Shown here: one piece after another, positions 1 to 9,744 of the stretch
Numbering within the stretch: the stretch's first letter is position 1
Layout of the letters: every line of letters starts with the position of its first letter
IMG/VR virus record: IMGVR_UViG_3300040806_003461
Location: 16,662 to 80,661 of that record
DNA length: 64,000 nt
Origin: a virus
Strand: one strand, 5' to 3'
Program-made: the position numbers and the translations under genes
Notes under the pieces: model-generated
Databases searched by the model: none
What the model was told of the DNA's origin: nothing
Seen by the model: the letters and a program-made list of their open reading frames with translations, nothing else

Positions 1-860
1 TTAGCTGACGGAGTTGGCAATTCGGCGCCTGTTCTTTCAAATTTAGTTAATGCAAACATAAAACCTCCACGATCTGCAGTGGTCGGTATTGTGTTTGCGT
101 TGCCAATCTTTTCGGCAAATTTCATTGTTACGAATGATTTAATTTCAGTATTTCCTTCAGCGACCCAGCTAGGTTGATGGTATCTATTTTTTATTTCAAA
201 CATAGCATCCATTTCTGTTTCAAACCTACCTTCATATTCATCGGCCGAAGCAGGAACATCTGGTTCATAACATAATTGAACAGAAACCAAAGATAAACTT
301 TTATCATCATTAACAGCATACGTTCTATTACCTAATGTATCCCAAGCTTTATTCTTGGTTCGCGTGTATGCTTTTATCGTTGTAAATCTTTCTTTATCTA
401 AATCATAATAAACTTTAACACCACCGCCTATACCTTCAATTGCTTGCGACGTGTTTGCGTATTGTCCAGGCAAATCATATTCATCAAAAAACCACCAGCA
501 ATCATAAGGCATTTGCCCACCAAAACATATTGTATTTGCGCCGTATACAGGATGCGGTTGCCCCATTGATCTAGTCATATTTATACCAAGGCGAGGGTTT
601 CTTATCGCGTCAATTTGCCGCCAAGTATTAATAAAATCTCGCATTTCTTGGTTAATGCCAAGAGGATGATTAGTCTGAATCCAATCAACCATTACATTAG
701 CAAACGTTTGGGAATCTTTACCATAAAAACCAATGTCAAGATCACCGTTAACCGTTTCACCTTTGCCAACGGCAATATGACTAATCTTTTCTTCAAACTC
801 ATCTGATATCACAATATCAGAATTACATACCTCTGTTAAAAACTCTTTCCAAATACCCAT
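1..860 (-). CDS. Hypothetical protein, 3' end runs off the window
   Basis: ATG at 860 (MGIWKEFLTEVCNSD...) just after the stop of the Gly-rich gene; frame stays open to the window edge; absent from the ORF track. Confidence 0.75.
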   Translation of the reverse strand, partial: MGIWKEFLTEVCNSDIVISDEFEEKISHIAVGKGETVNGDLDIGFYGKDSQTFANVMVDWIQTNHPLGINQEMRDFINTWRQIDAIRNPRLGINMTRSMGQPHPVYGANTICFGGQMPYDCWWFFDEYDLPGQYANTSQAIEGIGGGVKVYYDLDKERFTTIKAYTRTKNKAWDTLGNRTYAVNDDKSLSLVSVQLCYEPDVPASADEYEGRFETEMDAMFEIKNRYHQPSWVAEGNTEIKSFVTMKFAEKIGNANTIPTTADRGGFMFALTKFERTGAELPTPSA

Positions 861-862
861 AA

Positions 863-1636
863 TTAAAACACCCTATATCCGTCGTTCCAATTACCTTCGC
901 CGCGTGTATTCACAACATAAGTTCTATCGCCCGATGCTCCACCTCTAATACGTACATAACCAGGAGATCCGCTTCCACCGTTTTGAGGAAGACTATTGTA
1001 ACCACCACCGCCTGCGCCAGTTCTTATATCAACATAAGAGTTAACGGCAATGTATGTTCCTGATGCCGAACCGCCGCGCGAACCGCCTGCGCCCGCGTTT
1101 CCAGCAGAATCGTTTTTACCGCCACCATCACCACCGCCTCCACCACCGCTTGCGCCCCAAGCTGTGCGTGTTGAAGCTCCGCCGCTGTTATTAGCACTAC
1201 CGCCGCCACCGCGCCCATTACCATTAATAGGAGAGTTTTGACCGTTACCGCCTGATGTACTTCCAACGTTACCAGATCCGCCGCCTCCCCCACCGGATAC
1301 TCTAACCACATCGTTTCCGCTGTTGTTTCTTACCCACGAATCACCGCCAGCTCCACCGCCACCGTACACGGCATTATTAGGTCCGCCATCGTTAAATCCA
1401 CCACCACCGCCTCCCCCACCGGCAGAAATTACAACATTAAGTGGGTAACCATCTGTCGCCCCATAAAAATTACTTAATGCAATTTGGCCTGATGTTGGAA
1501 CGTTGTTGTTTTGTGGAATATTAGGAACATAGCCGCCACCGCGATAATATTCGCGCAACTCATCCTGGCCTGGTGTATTGCCAAACTCATTTCTTAAGTC
1601 ATTAATTGATATTGTACCGCTAGTCTGGAGTGGCAT
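863..1636 (-). CDS. Glycine-rich tail fibre tip adhesin (gp38-like architecture)
   Basis: N-terminal SGTISINDLRNEFG...SGQIALSNFYG attachment-type motif followed by about 10 poly-Gly segments; directly downstream of an S74-chaperone fibre. Confidence 0.6.
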   Translation of the reverse strand: MPLQTSGTISINDLRNEFGNTPGQDELREYYRGGGYVPNIPQNNNVPTSGQIALSNFYGATDGYPLNVVISAGGGGGGGGFNDGGPNNAVYGGGGAGGDSWVRNNSGNDVVRVSGGGGGGSGNVGSTSGGNGQNSPINGNGRGGGGSANNSGGASTRTAWGASGGGGGGDGGGKNDSAGNAGAGGSRGGSASGTYIAVNSYVDIRTGAGGGGYNSLPQNGGSGSPGYVRIRGGASGDRTYVVNTRGEGNWNDGYRVF

Positions 1637-2528
1637 TCTTGAGCCTCTGTACTTCGTCTTGCAATTCTTTGACTGCTTCGATGAGGAGGGCTACTATTTG
1701 ACCGTATCTTACTGCTTTATGTTCACCACGTGTTGGATGGTCGGCTGTATAAACGAGGCCGGGTAGTACCATCTCAACTTCTTGAGCAATAACACCTGTC
1801 GCTCTCTCACCTGGTTTGTCTTTATATTCAAAGGTGTATCCACCTAATGCTCTAACCTTTTCAAGTGGGTTTTCAATTCTTTCAATATCTTGCTTTAATG
1901 CAATATCCGACGTGCTATAATCTGTTACAACTTCTCCTAATGCATAAACATTATTTGCAGTAATATCAGCGTTTAACATTGAAAGGTTACCATTAAAGTT
2001 TACGGTTCCTTGGAAACGAGCATCACCATTTACATCAAGGTCTGTTGTAATTTCAACAGCTTCAGTTGTAATAAGATTAGGTACAGTTAACGTTCCGCCT
2101 GTAGTAAGTTCAAATTTAGTAGTACCGGTTCCGGTGTCAATAATAAACTTTCGGTTTGTTGAATCTTGAATACCAACATCCCAACCTACGGTACCATCAG
2201 TGTATCTTGTTTGACCACCGCCTGAGGAATATAAGAATGTTGCGCATCGCTGATCTGTTGCTGCTGTAATTGTAATAGGTACATCAAAATCAACGTCTGC
2301 CGATGCTGTTCTCGAACTTATAAGATCAGATTGAACACTGGTTGTTGCGATTAAATTAGTTGCAGTAAAGTTCCCAACAAGGGTAGCATTACCATTTGTT
2401 GTATCACCAGAACCAGTAGAGGCGGTGACAGTTTCATTCTTAAACAAATCCACTAATTCGTTTGTTTTATCAAACCAATTCTGAAAAGTTTGAGATGTTG
2501 CGATATTCGTAATGCCTGACTTTGCCAT
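1620..2528 (-). CDS. Tail fibre protein with C-terminal intramolecular chaperone (peptidase S74)
   Basis: SDIALKQDI cleavage motif, GVIAQEVE, VRYGQIVALLIEAVKEL coiled coil; N-terminal TFQNWFDKTNEL baseplate-attachment-type motif. Confidence 0.85.
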   Translation of the reverse strand: MAKSGITNIATSQTFQNWFDKTNELVDLFKNETVTASTGSGDTTNGNATLVGNFTATNLIATTSVQSDLISSRTASADVDFDVPITITAATDQRCATFLYSSGGGQTRYTDGTVGWDVGIQDSTNRKFIIDTGTGTTKFELTTGGTLTVPNLITTEAVEITTDLDVNGDARFQGTVNFNGNLSMLNADITANNVYALGEVVTDYSTSDIALKQDIERIENPLEKVRALGGYTFEYKDKPGERATGVIAQEVEMVLPGLVYTADHPTRGEHKAVRYGQIVALLIEAVKELQDEVQRLKNATPD

Positions 2529-2708
2529 TTAACAGTTCTCTACTTTTTCTAATTTTTCTTCAACTCGCGCAAGGCAAGCTTTAATTTCAACCACCTCTTT
2601 AGATAGTCGCTCAACCTTGCGATATAATTGCTTTTCCATTTTATATTTATTAAGAGCCGCAGCATCCGTATTCAGAACGGCGTTTGATATTTCATGTCTC
2701 TGTATCAT
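2529..2708 (-). CDS. Small coiled-coil protein (59 aa), not in the ORF track
   Basis: MIQRHEISNAVLNTDAAALNKYKMEKQLYRKVERLSKEVVEIKACLARVEEKLEKVENC*; exactly fills the gap, with an ATGA overlap on the VrlC stop. Confidence 0.7.
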   Translation of the reverse strand: MIQRHEISNAVLNTDAAALNKYKMEKQLYRKVERLSKEVVEIKACLARVEEKLEKVENC

Positions 2709-5700
2709 GTTAATGCAATCGCTCTGAAGTCGGCCACGTTTGGCGCTCGGTGAATATTTGGCGAAAGCAAATCAATACGGATTGCGAATTTGCGATATCC
2801 AACAAAATCTCCGCCTGCGCCTGATGTATAGAATAATGCACCATCACCATTTTTGTTTGCCTCAGGTACCTCATAAACGAATTCTCTGTAATCCATAGGA
2901 TTTGAGGTAGAAGAATATGCTCTTTCTCCTTCAGTCTTTTCAAGTTCGATCCAATCAATCGTATCAAATGCTTCACTATCGTATGCGTGTTGTGGGCGAA
3001 TATAAACTTTAATATCTGAACCTTCAGGTCTATAACCAGTTAAGTATAAGCGCATATCTTCGGCATCAAGATCTTCCGCAAGTTCAACAACTTTTGAAAT
3101 ATATCTTGCAGTACCAGAGTTATCAACACGATATTGGTTTGCCATAAGTAAGCTTGTTTCAATATCAATTAAAGGAGAAGAAGTTGTATTTGTACCAGTC
3201 ATATCAATTGTAATCTCAAACGGTTTAACACTGCTAAGATCATTTGATTTACTGTAAAGTACAACACCATTTTTAGCAAAGAAGTTTGCATCACCGAACT
3301 TCATCTTTTGTTCGTAGTAATTATTCGTATTCTGAGTATCAACAAATCTGCCTTTTATTGTAGTTCTTGATGCAGAATCGTTTGTTCTTTGAATAATTGG
3401 TTGAACATAACTTAAATTAATATCATCAATGGATGAAATATCAGCTTCTGTTCCGCTATCTAATCCGTAAACAGTATTTGCTACTTCGAATGGGAATGTT
3501 GATGTTGCAGAACTTTCTTCAATATATAAAGTTTCAGGTCTACGGAAATTATGGTATGTTGCTTTACCAAGAACAACTGGTCGGCCCGTTGCACCAGCAA
3601 AAGAAGCCTTTTTAACAGTTGTCATTTCTGATGCAGAAACGATTTCAGCAATTTTGAAAACATCTTTTCTTGTTTGACCTGAGTCTTCAATTAAGATATA
3701 ATCGCCGGCTGCATAAGTATCGTCAAGGTCAGTACCTGTAATTGTTTTAGAACCAACTGAAATACTTATAGTATCATTACCGCCAACATTATCTTTTAAT
3801 TGATAAACGTATTCACCCTGAGTAAATTGACCGTTCCAATCTAAAAGTGTAAAGAATTCGTGGTCATTATTAGTTAATGTAATTGATCCTTGCGTTGAAT
3901 TGAAATCATGACGGTATAAAGTAAACTTAAGATCTTCATCTTGATATGATTTCCAAGCTTTGTTGTTTGTTGATGTAAACAGAATACCATCACCCCAGTC
4001 AGCAACAACTGATTGGCCGTTGGTATCCCCCGGTGTTAAATCGGTACCGCCAACCTTTGAAGTATATACCAAATAATTCGGGTCGTTTGCGTCAGGACGA
4101 ATAACAATACAGTATTCAGTTTCTGTCTCAAGTCTAACAGGCGCTTCAAAATCAACTGTCGTTACAACACTTGCATCAGCAGAAACATTTACCTGTGAAG
4201 GTTTCAGGTGTGTTTGTGAGAATGGGATAATTCTGTTTCCAGGATATCCATTAACAACTTCTCTTATTTCAACTGTCGTACCGTTAATATTGCTCTTACG
4301 GTTAAAGTATAAATCAACCTTTGAAATCATTACTGTATTAGAACCTTGACCCATACCTTCTTTAATGAAGAATGTTTGAGCAAGAGGATCACCTCGGTTA
4401 ATTGGTCTTAACGCGACGTTACGAGTTGTTACAGTTTGACTGAAATCAATTTCAGGAACGCGTGTTTGTAGAGTTGTTTTTTCCTGTTCAACATTATATG
4501 CATGGAAAGAGATTGAACCTCCAGATGTTCCTGCAGACTCAACGCTGTCGTATTGATTAATGTCATGTATTTCTAATTTTCTTTCACCGACATAGAAAGT
4601 TTCGGCAGGAATATCAAAGACTGCTCTTAATACACCATTATCATCGGTTTCAACTGCATTTCCTGCCTGTCCAAATTTTTCAACCAATCTTGGTAGATCT
4701 TCATCAGTACCAGGAGTTACATTAGCGTCAATGTTTTGACCGTCAAAGAAGAAGTAATGACGAGTATTTGGACGCAAGCCTGCCATATAAATTTTAACAG
4801 ATTGCGGTCTAATAAACGGATTAAACGCAACGTTAGAAACAAAATCACCAACCGGGTTTGTTGTACTACCGCTAAGATCAAGTGACGATGTTGTCACCTG
4901 TTGCGTTTGCATTAACCAGTTTCTTGTTTGAAAATTTCCTAAGCTTTGTACTCGAGTTGTTCCTGTGAGTGGAACGAACTCTTGAATTGCATCGGCAAAA
5001 TCTTGGAAAGGAGTTGCAAGATCAATTGTTGCAGGAACTGGGTTTGCAACCGTATCAACACCAAAGTCGTGCGACGGAGAAAGTCCGCCTGTGCCGCGAT
5101 AATCATAAAAGTTACTTACACAGTTTCTAATATTTGTTGCATACGGCTGTTTTAATAATTGAACGTGTGCATTACGACTCAATGTACCGGTATCAGCAAT
5201 TGCTGTTGTTGGGAACAATGTTGATGCCGTTGAAGATTTATATTTTAAATCTAATGGGAATGTAATTACTGGCGGTGTCATTGTCTTTGTATCAAATGGC
5301 ACTGCGGCGTTATATTCCGGATCATTCGTATCGGCAAAATTCATATTGTTAAATGTTTCAGCAAGATACCCATTTTTAAATCTTGTTAATCCGTTTTCAT
5401 CAAGAACATTTAAATTCTCGACAGATTGCTCAAGGCTGTTAAGTGTGATATAATATTCCATGCGTTCTACACGATTATCAATCGCCGCAATATCATTCAT
5501 TGTGAAACGTTTCACACCTTTACTTCTTGTACGAACAGCATATGCAGGTTTCTTTTGACGATCTGCTTCAAACGCTGACAGCGCAGGATATCCTGGAATA
5601 AAGATTTCAGAAATAACCATTTTGGTTTTATCAATCTTTGGAGGACCCGGATCTTGTGCTTCGCTACCTTGGACAACTTCCATTGAACCGAAAGAATCAA

Positions 5701-8017
5701 TTGTAACTAAATCAATTCTTGCGTTATAAGATTCAATATCCATTACCATCGCTTCTTTAACCGCTGGTACAATATAATCTGAACGGCTAAACGTTGGAGC
5801 CGTGCCATCCGCAGCTGCACTAATCGTAGGAGCTGTTCCAGGAGAGTTGGCATTATAATTTGCGTTTGTATCCTTATCAGCATAAGGACGGAAGTCAACG
5901 CATTCTCTTAAATTATAATCACGCCCTTGGCCTGTTGAATAGACAACTAAATCTTGTGAGCGAACTTTATCGTTAGGTAAAGTTTCTGTATCGTCGTCAA
6001 TCGGATAACTGTTAATCGTAAAGAAATAACTTCCTGTACTTGCGTTTAATTCAAATACCCAAAGCTTAATTGTAATCGTACCGCTTGGTTGTGGGCGACC
6101 TGCAATATATTCCATATAAGACAGATCATAATAACCGTCTTTTTGGTTTGTTCTTAAACGGAAGCTATCAGTATAATCTGTACCTTGAGAATCTACAATG
6201 CTTTCAATACGAATAACATCTGGGAAACCTAAACTATATTTTGTTGTCCCACCTGAATATGCAACCTTAATATACGGTTTCTTTAAGGTCTTTGCATAAG
6301 GAGTTGTTAATTGAATATTTCTATTTGCATAAACTGTTGCTGTGCCTGTTGCTCCACCGCCTACTGTAATTAATAATTCAGAATCATTTGCTTGAGCAAC
6401 TGCACTTGTAACAGAACGACTTACGTTTAAAGAATCAACAACCACAACATCATCGTTTTGAACGTCGTAGTTATAAACACCGCCACCATTTGTTAATGTA
6501 ATCTGATTACCTGTAATAGATGCGCCTGTAATTGCAGAGCGAATAGGCACAGTAATATCAGAAGTACTCTTAACACTGAATACTCCTGTTGGGAAAATCA
6601 TTGGAGCTTTTTCTTGCTCTTTAATTTTTGAATCTGCGGCAATTGAAATAGTACCAGCAACGCTATCAATTTGATCCACGTCAGCAAAAGATTTACCTGC
6701 CGTTGTAATACGAGATCCGAATAAGTAAATACGATCTTGCGTTAAGTTACGAATAAATGTTTTACCAATTACAGTACCGCCTTCTTCAAGATCGGCTTCA
6801 GTAAATTGTAAATCTATCGTTCCGTTAATTCCTGTTACATCAACGTAAGAGCCGTATTCAATTGAGACTGGTTGGTTTTGTAGAATTTCAGTATTTGAAA
6901 CTTGGTCAATCGTAAAAGATTGTTCACCACCGCTTTCTACGCGATAACCTTTAACATACGCAACACCAGGAGATACAACTGCTTTAAGAACATCGCTTCT
7001 TTTCTCTGATCTTGTATTGAATCTTTCAACAATATAGTTTCCTGACTCTTCGTATGTGCGACGAGCCATTTCATCGCCAAGTGCGTTATATTGCGACACA
7101 TCTCTTAATTGAACCGCGTTGCCGTCAACGTAACGAATCAGCGTAAAGAAGTCGGCATCGGTATCAGCCAATGTGGTTGTTTTTACAACAAGAACAGGAG
7201 TTAATTTTAATCGGTCAGCACCTGGTGCGTTTTCGTTTGTAGAACCGTTTGCGTTATCAAACAAAGAACTGTCTTGTAATGAACTAACAACTGTTTCTTT
7301 TACTTCATAACCAACTGATTTTCCGTCAGGCTGATTGCTATATTTTTCAACAATCAAAGTTTGTGGTTCGGTATAAATGAAGTTACCTTTTTGGAAAACA
7401 ACACCAGCTGAAGATTGAATACCAAATGCTTTACCTGTTGGGTTCGGATCATCTGGCGAAACGTTAATTGTTTGAATCGCAGGAGTACTGCCAACAAGTG
7501 CATCATCAATATAACGATACTGATTAATTTTTAAGTTTTCACCAGATTGGAAAACTTTGTAGTTGCTTGTTTCGTTTGTTTTCAAATAATTAATGAAGAA
7601 CGTGTTCAAATCTGGGGGACGAGTTTCAAAACCACGTTCTGATTCAATAATTTTTGCCTTAAGACCTGTAACTTCACCTTCTAATTCATAAACAATATCT
7701 ACGTCTGTTTCAACTCCGCCAATTACTTCTTTAACGGTTTTACTTACGTATGATTTAACGTCAAAGCTAGCCTTATCTCTAACCTTAACATATTCCAATT
7801 TGTCTAGGTTTGTAAATGTGCACCCTTTTACAATTGAACCTTCTTGGAAAATATTATCACCAAACGTTTCAACCTGATTCTGCAAAATAGATTGAAGTTG
7901 AGTAAGCTCTCGTGCCTGCACGGCATATCCTGGTTTATACAGAATACGATAAAACTGTTTCTCTGTATCAAAATCATCAAAATATGGTGCAATATTTAGA
8001 TCTGTATTAATAGGCAT
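2705..8017 (-). CDS. VrlC-like (DUF4815) large virion/baseplate structural protein
   Basis: N-terminal PYFDDFD...ILYKPGYAVQARELTQLQSILQNQ, APGADRLKL, DPLAQTFF; 1770 aa; next to gp8. Confidence 0.85.
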   Translation of the reverse strand: MPINTDLNIAPYFDDFDTEKQFYRILYKPGYAVQARELTQLQSILQNQVETFGDNIFQEGSIVKGCTFTNLDKLEYVKVRDKASFDVKSYVSKTVKEVIGGVETDVDIVYELEGEVTGLKAKIIESERGFETRPPDLNTFFINYLKTNETSNYKVFQSGENLKINQYRYIDDALVGSTPAIQTINVSPDDPNPTGKAFGIQSSAGVVFQKGNFIYTEPQTLIVEKYSNQPDGKSVGYEVKETVVSSLQDSSLFDNANGSTNENAPGADRLKLTPVLVVKTTTLADTDADFFTLIRYVDGNAVQLRDVSQYNALGDEMARRTYEESGNYIVERFNTRSEKRSDVLKAVVSPGVAYVKGYRVESGGEQSFTIDQVSNTEILQNQPVSIEYGSYVDVTGINGTIDLQFTEADLEEGGTVIGKTFIRNLTQDRIYLFGSRITTAGKSFADVDQIDSVAGTISIAADSKIKEQEKAPMIFPTGVFSVKSTSDITVPIRSAITGASITGNQITLTNGGGVYNYDVQNDDVVVVDSLNVSRSVTSAVAQANDSELLITVGGGATGTATVYANRNIQLTTPYAKTLKKPYIKVAYSGGTTKYSLGFPDVIRIESIVDSQGTDYTDSFRLRTNQKDGYYDLSYMEYIAGRPQPSGTITIKLWVFELNASTGSYFFTINSYPIDDDTETLPNDKVRSQDLVVYSTGQGRDYNLRECVDFRPYADKDTNANYNANSPGTAPTISAAADGTAPTFSRSDYIVPAVKEAMVMDIESYNARIDLVTIDSFGSMEVVQGSEAQDPGPPKIDKTKMVISEIFIPGYPALSAFEADRQKKPAYAVRTRSKGVKRFTMNDIAAIDNRVERMEYYITLNSLEQSVENLNVLDENGLTRFKNGYLAETFNNMNFADTNDPEYNAAVPFDTKTMTPPVITFPLDLKYKSSTASTLFPTTAIADTGTLSRNAHVQLLKQPYATNIRNCVSNFYDYRGTGGLSPSHDFGVDTVANPVPATIDLATPFQDFADAIQEFVPLTGTTRVQSLGNFQTRNWLMQTQQVTTSSLDLSGSTTNPVGDFVSNVAFNPFIRPQSVKIYMAGLRPNTRHYFFFDGQNIDANVTPGTDEDLPRLVEKFGQAGNAVETDDNGVLRAVFDIPAETFYVGERKLEIHDINQYDSVESAGTSGGSISFHAYNVEQEKTTLQTRVPEIDFSQTVTTRNVALRPINRGDPLAQTFFIKEGMGQGSNTVMISKVDLYFNRKSNINGTTVEIREVVNGYPGNRIIPFSQTHLKPSQVNVSADASVVTTVDFEAPVRLETETEYCIVIRPDANDPNYLVYTSKVGGTDLTPGDTNGQSVVADWGDGILFTSTNNKAWKSYQDEDLKFTLYRHDFNSTQGSITLTNNDHEFFTLLDWNGQFTQGEYVYQLKDNVGGNDTISISVGSKTITGTDLDDTYAAGDYILIEDSGQTRKDVFKIAEIVSASEMTTVKKASFAGATGRPVVLGKATYHNFRRPETLYIEESSATSTFPFEVANTVYGLDSGTEADISSIDDINLSYVQPIIQRTNDSASRTTIKGRFVDTQNTNNYYEQKMKFGDANFFAKNGVVLYSKSNDLSSVKPFEITIDMTGTNTTSSPLIDIETSLLMANQYRVDNSGTARYISKVVELAEDLDAEDMRLYLTGYRPEGSDIKVYIRPQHAYDSEAFDTIDWIELEKTEGERAYSSTSNPMDYREFVYEVPEANKNGDGALFYTSGAGGDFVGYRKFAIRIDLLSPNIHRAPNVADFRAIALT

Positions 8018-8031
8018 TTAATTTAACTTCC

Positions 8032-9714
8032 TTAAAATTCCAGCAACAGTTTATATTCTTCTCTTGACTGATTGGTTCTATCCAACGGAGTAAAGTCTTC
8101 CATAAAGTAAACCAAGCCAGAACGTTGGGTATACGGTGATTCGGTTACATTGTTGGCTACAGGAGTATTTATCTCGATTGTCACGCCTGACTCATTCTGA
8201 AAATCAATCGTCGGATCAAATGCGATATCATTTCCAACCTGAGGCGCATGGATGCGATTGTAGTTATAAAGATAAATTGTATTTGCCGATGCGTCAATCT
8301 CGTGAACACGTCCTGCAAAGCATGTTTCATTTTCGTCGTTAACCTGTGAAAGAACTTCATTAACAACGACCGATCCATAATCGTTTGTTACAATCTTTAT
8401 TCTGTTATCAAAAACATTTGGATTGTGCAAGTCTGTATTTGCGCTTTCCCATTGAGGTTCTTTCACGATACCCAAATGCGAATAACTATTCGTTGCGCCA
8501 ATTGAGTTATTATCATCTTCAGTAATGTATCCGTATAATAAAATATGACGGCATTTCATTTCTTCAAGACGGTCAGTATTGTGTCCACCTTTTGGCGACA
8601 AGATCGGCCTGATTCCAGCACGAATATCAACCGTGTTAGGATCATCAGGATTAAAGTCATATAAAGGATCTACAATGTTTGCTTGTACTGTATGATATCC
8701 TTCGCCTTTATTTGTTACAAGAACGGACGTAATTTTTCCACCTTCAACAATAGGATACGCTTCTGCGCCAGATCCATTACCTTGAATTTGTATTCTTGGT
8801 ACAATTTGGAATTTCGCACCTTTTGTTACTCCGTCTCCATAAGGATCGTCGTTTGCTGAAACTTGTATTGTTGCTTCTGCGTCTGGGTTATCTTCATCAA
8901 TTCCGTAGGTATACGTTGAGATTGTATAAATTTTAGTTACACCACCCGTTGTGATTACAATTGACATCCCAGAATAATAATTCGTAATTTCGTTTAATGG
9001 TAAAGCAAGATCGCCTGAAACTTTTAATTCGCCATCGAGTGCGGCGTTTGCTTCAAGCTTACCTGTTGCTCTAGGATACCCAGAGTTTGCATCAACGTTC
9101 TCAACAAAGATTTGGTCAATTGGAGAACCGGTTGTTGTTGGCTGAGTATTCGCAGGCGCATTGTTTGCATCAGAATCAAACGGTGCATATATGAAATCAT
9201 CAACGACAGGAATATAACCTACCGCATTATATGCTTCAAATTCTGTTTGCGTCAACTTGTACATATATTTCCAAATGTACCCATCAGCAGTACGATAAAT
9301 TTGGTCAGTTGTTGTCGCATTAAAGTTTGGTGCGTTTGAAACAGTTCCGCCATTATTATTATAAAGGCATTTATAAACGCGGTAATCGCCAGTATCGTTA
9401 ATGTTCGGACCAACTACGCAATAAAATCTTTCGCCTTCAAGAGTAACCGAATCGTCATACTGAACAAAAGATTGCCCTTCTTGCCATGGATAATATTTAA
9501 CCATAAATTTACAATCAGAATTAAGAATCTTTTTGCCAAAAATAACATTGTCTAAAAATTCATTCTTACTGCTAATTGAATTTACAACTTCTCGGCGGTC
9601 TTCGCCTAACCTAGTTACTGAAGACACAAACACGTAAAAATCGTTTGCCTGTAAATCATCATAGAACAGGCGAACGGTATCGGTTTTCAAAAGTGATGTA
9701 AGTGTTTCAGCCAT
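8032..9714 (-). CDS. gp8: Baseplate wedge subunit gp8
   Basis: YRVYKCLYNN, TADGYIWKYMY, ILSPKGGH, C-terminal REEYKLLLEF. Confidence 0.85.
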   Translation of the reverse strand: MAETLTSLLKTDTVRLFYDDLQANDFYVFVSSVTRLGEDRREVVNSISSKNEFLDNVIFGKKILNSDCKFMVKYYPWQEGQSFVQYDDSVTLEGERFYCVVGPNINDTGDYRVYKCLYNNNGGTVSNAPNFNATTTDQIYRTADGYIWKYMYKLTQTEFEAYNAVGYIPVVDDFIYAPFDSDANNAPANTQPTTTGSPIDQIFVENVDANSGYPRATGKLEANAALDGELKVSGDLALPLNEITNYYSGMSIVITTGGVTKIYTISTYTYGIDEDNPDAEATIQVSANDDPYGDGVTKGAKFQIVPRIQIQGNGSGAEAYPIVEGGKITSVLVTNKGEGYHTVQANIVDPLYDFNPDDPNTVDIRAGIRPILSPKGGHNTDRLEEMKCRHILLYGYITEDDNNSIGATNSYSHLGIVKEPQWESANTDLHNPNVFDNRIKIVTNDYGSVVVNEVLSQVNDENETCFAGRVHEIDASANTIYLYNYNRIHAPQVGNDIAFDPTIDFQNESGVTIEINTPVANNVTESPYTQRSGLVYFMEDFTPLDRTNQSREEYKLLLEF

Positions 9715-9736
9715 TCGTTTTACCTTTGTTTTCCAT

Positions 9737-9744
9737 TATTTATA
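9737..9744 (-). promoter_or_regulatory. T4-type late promoter TATAAATA
   Basis: Exact TATAAATA on the minus strand, 23 nt upstream of the gp8 start. Confidence 0.75.

Noticed and set aside
1000-1420. CCG/CCA-rich repeats and Pro-rich plus-strand ORF 1050..1241
   Set aside because: Reverse complement of poly-Gly codons in the adhesin, not an independent repeat or gene
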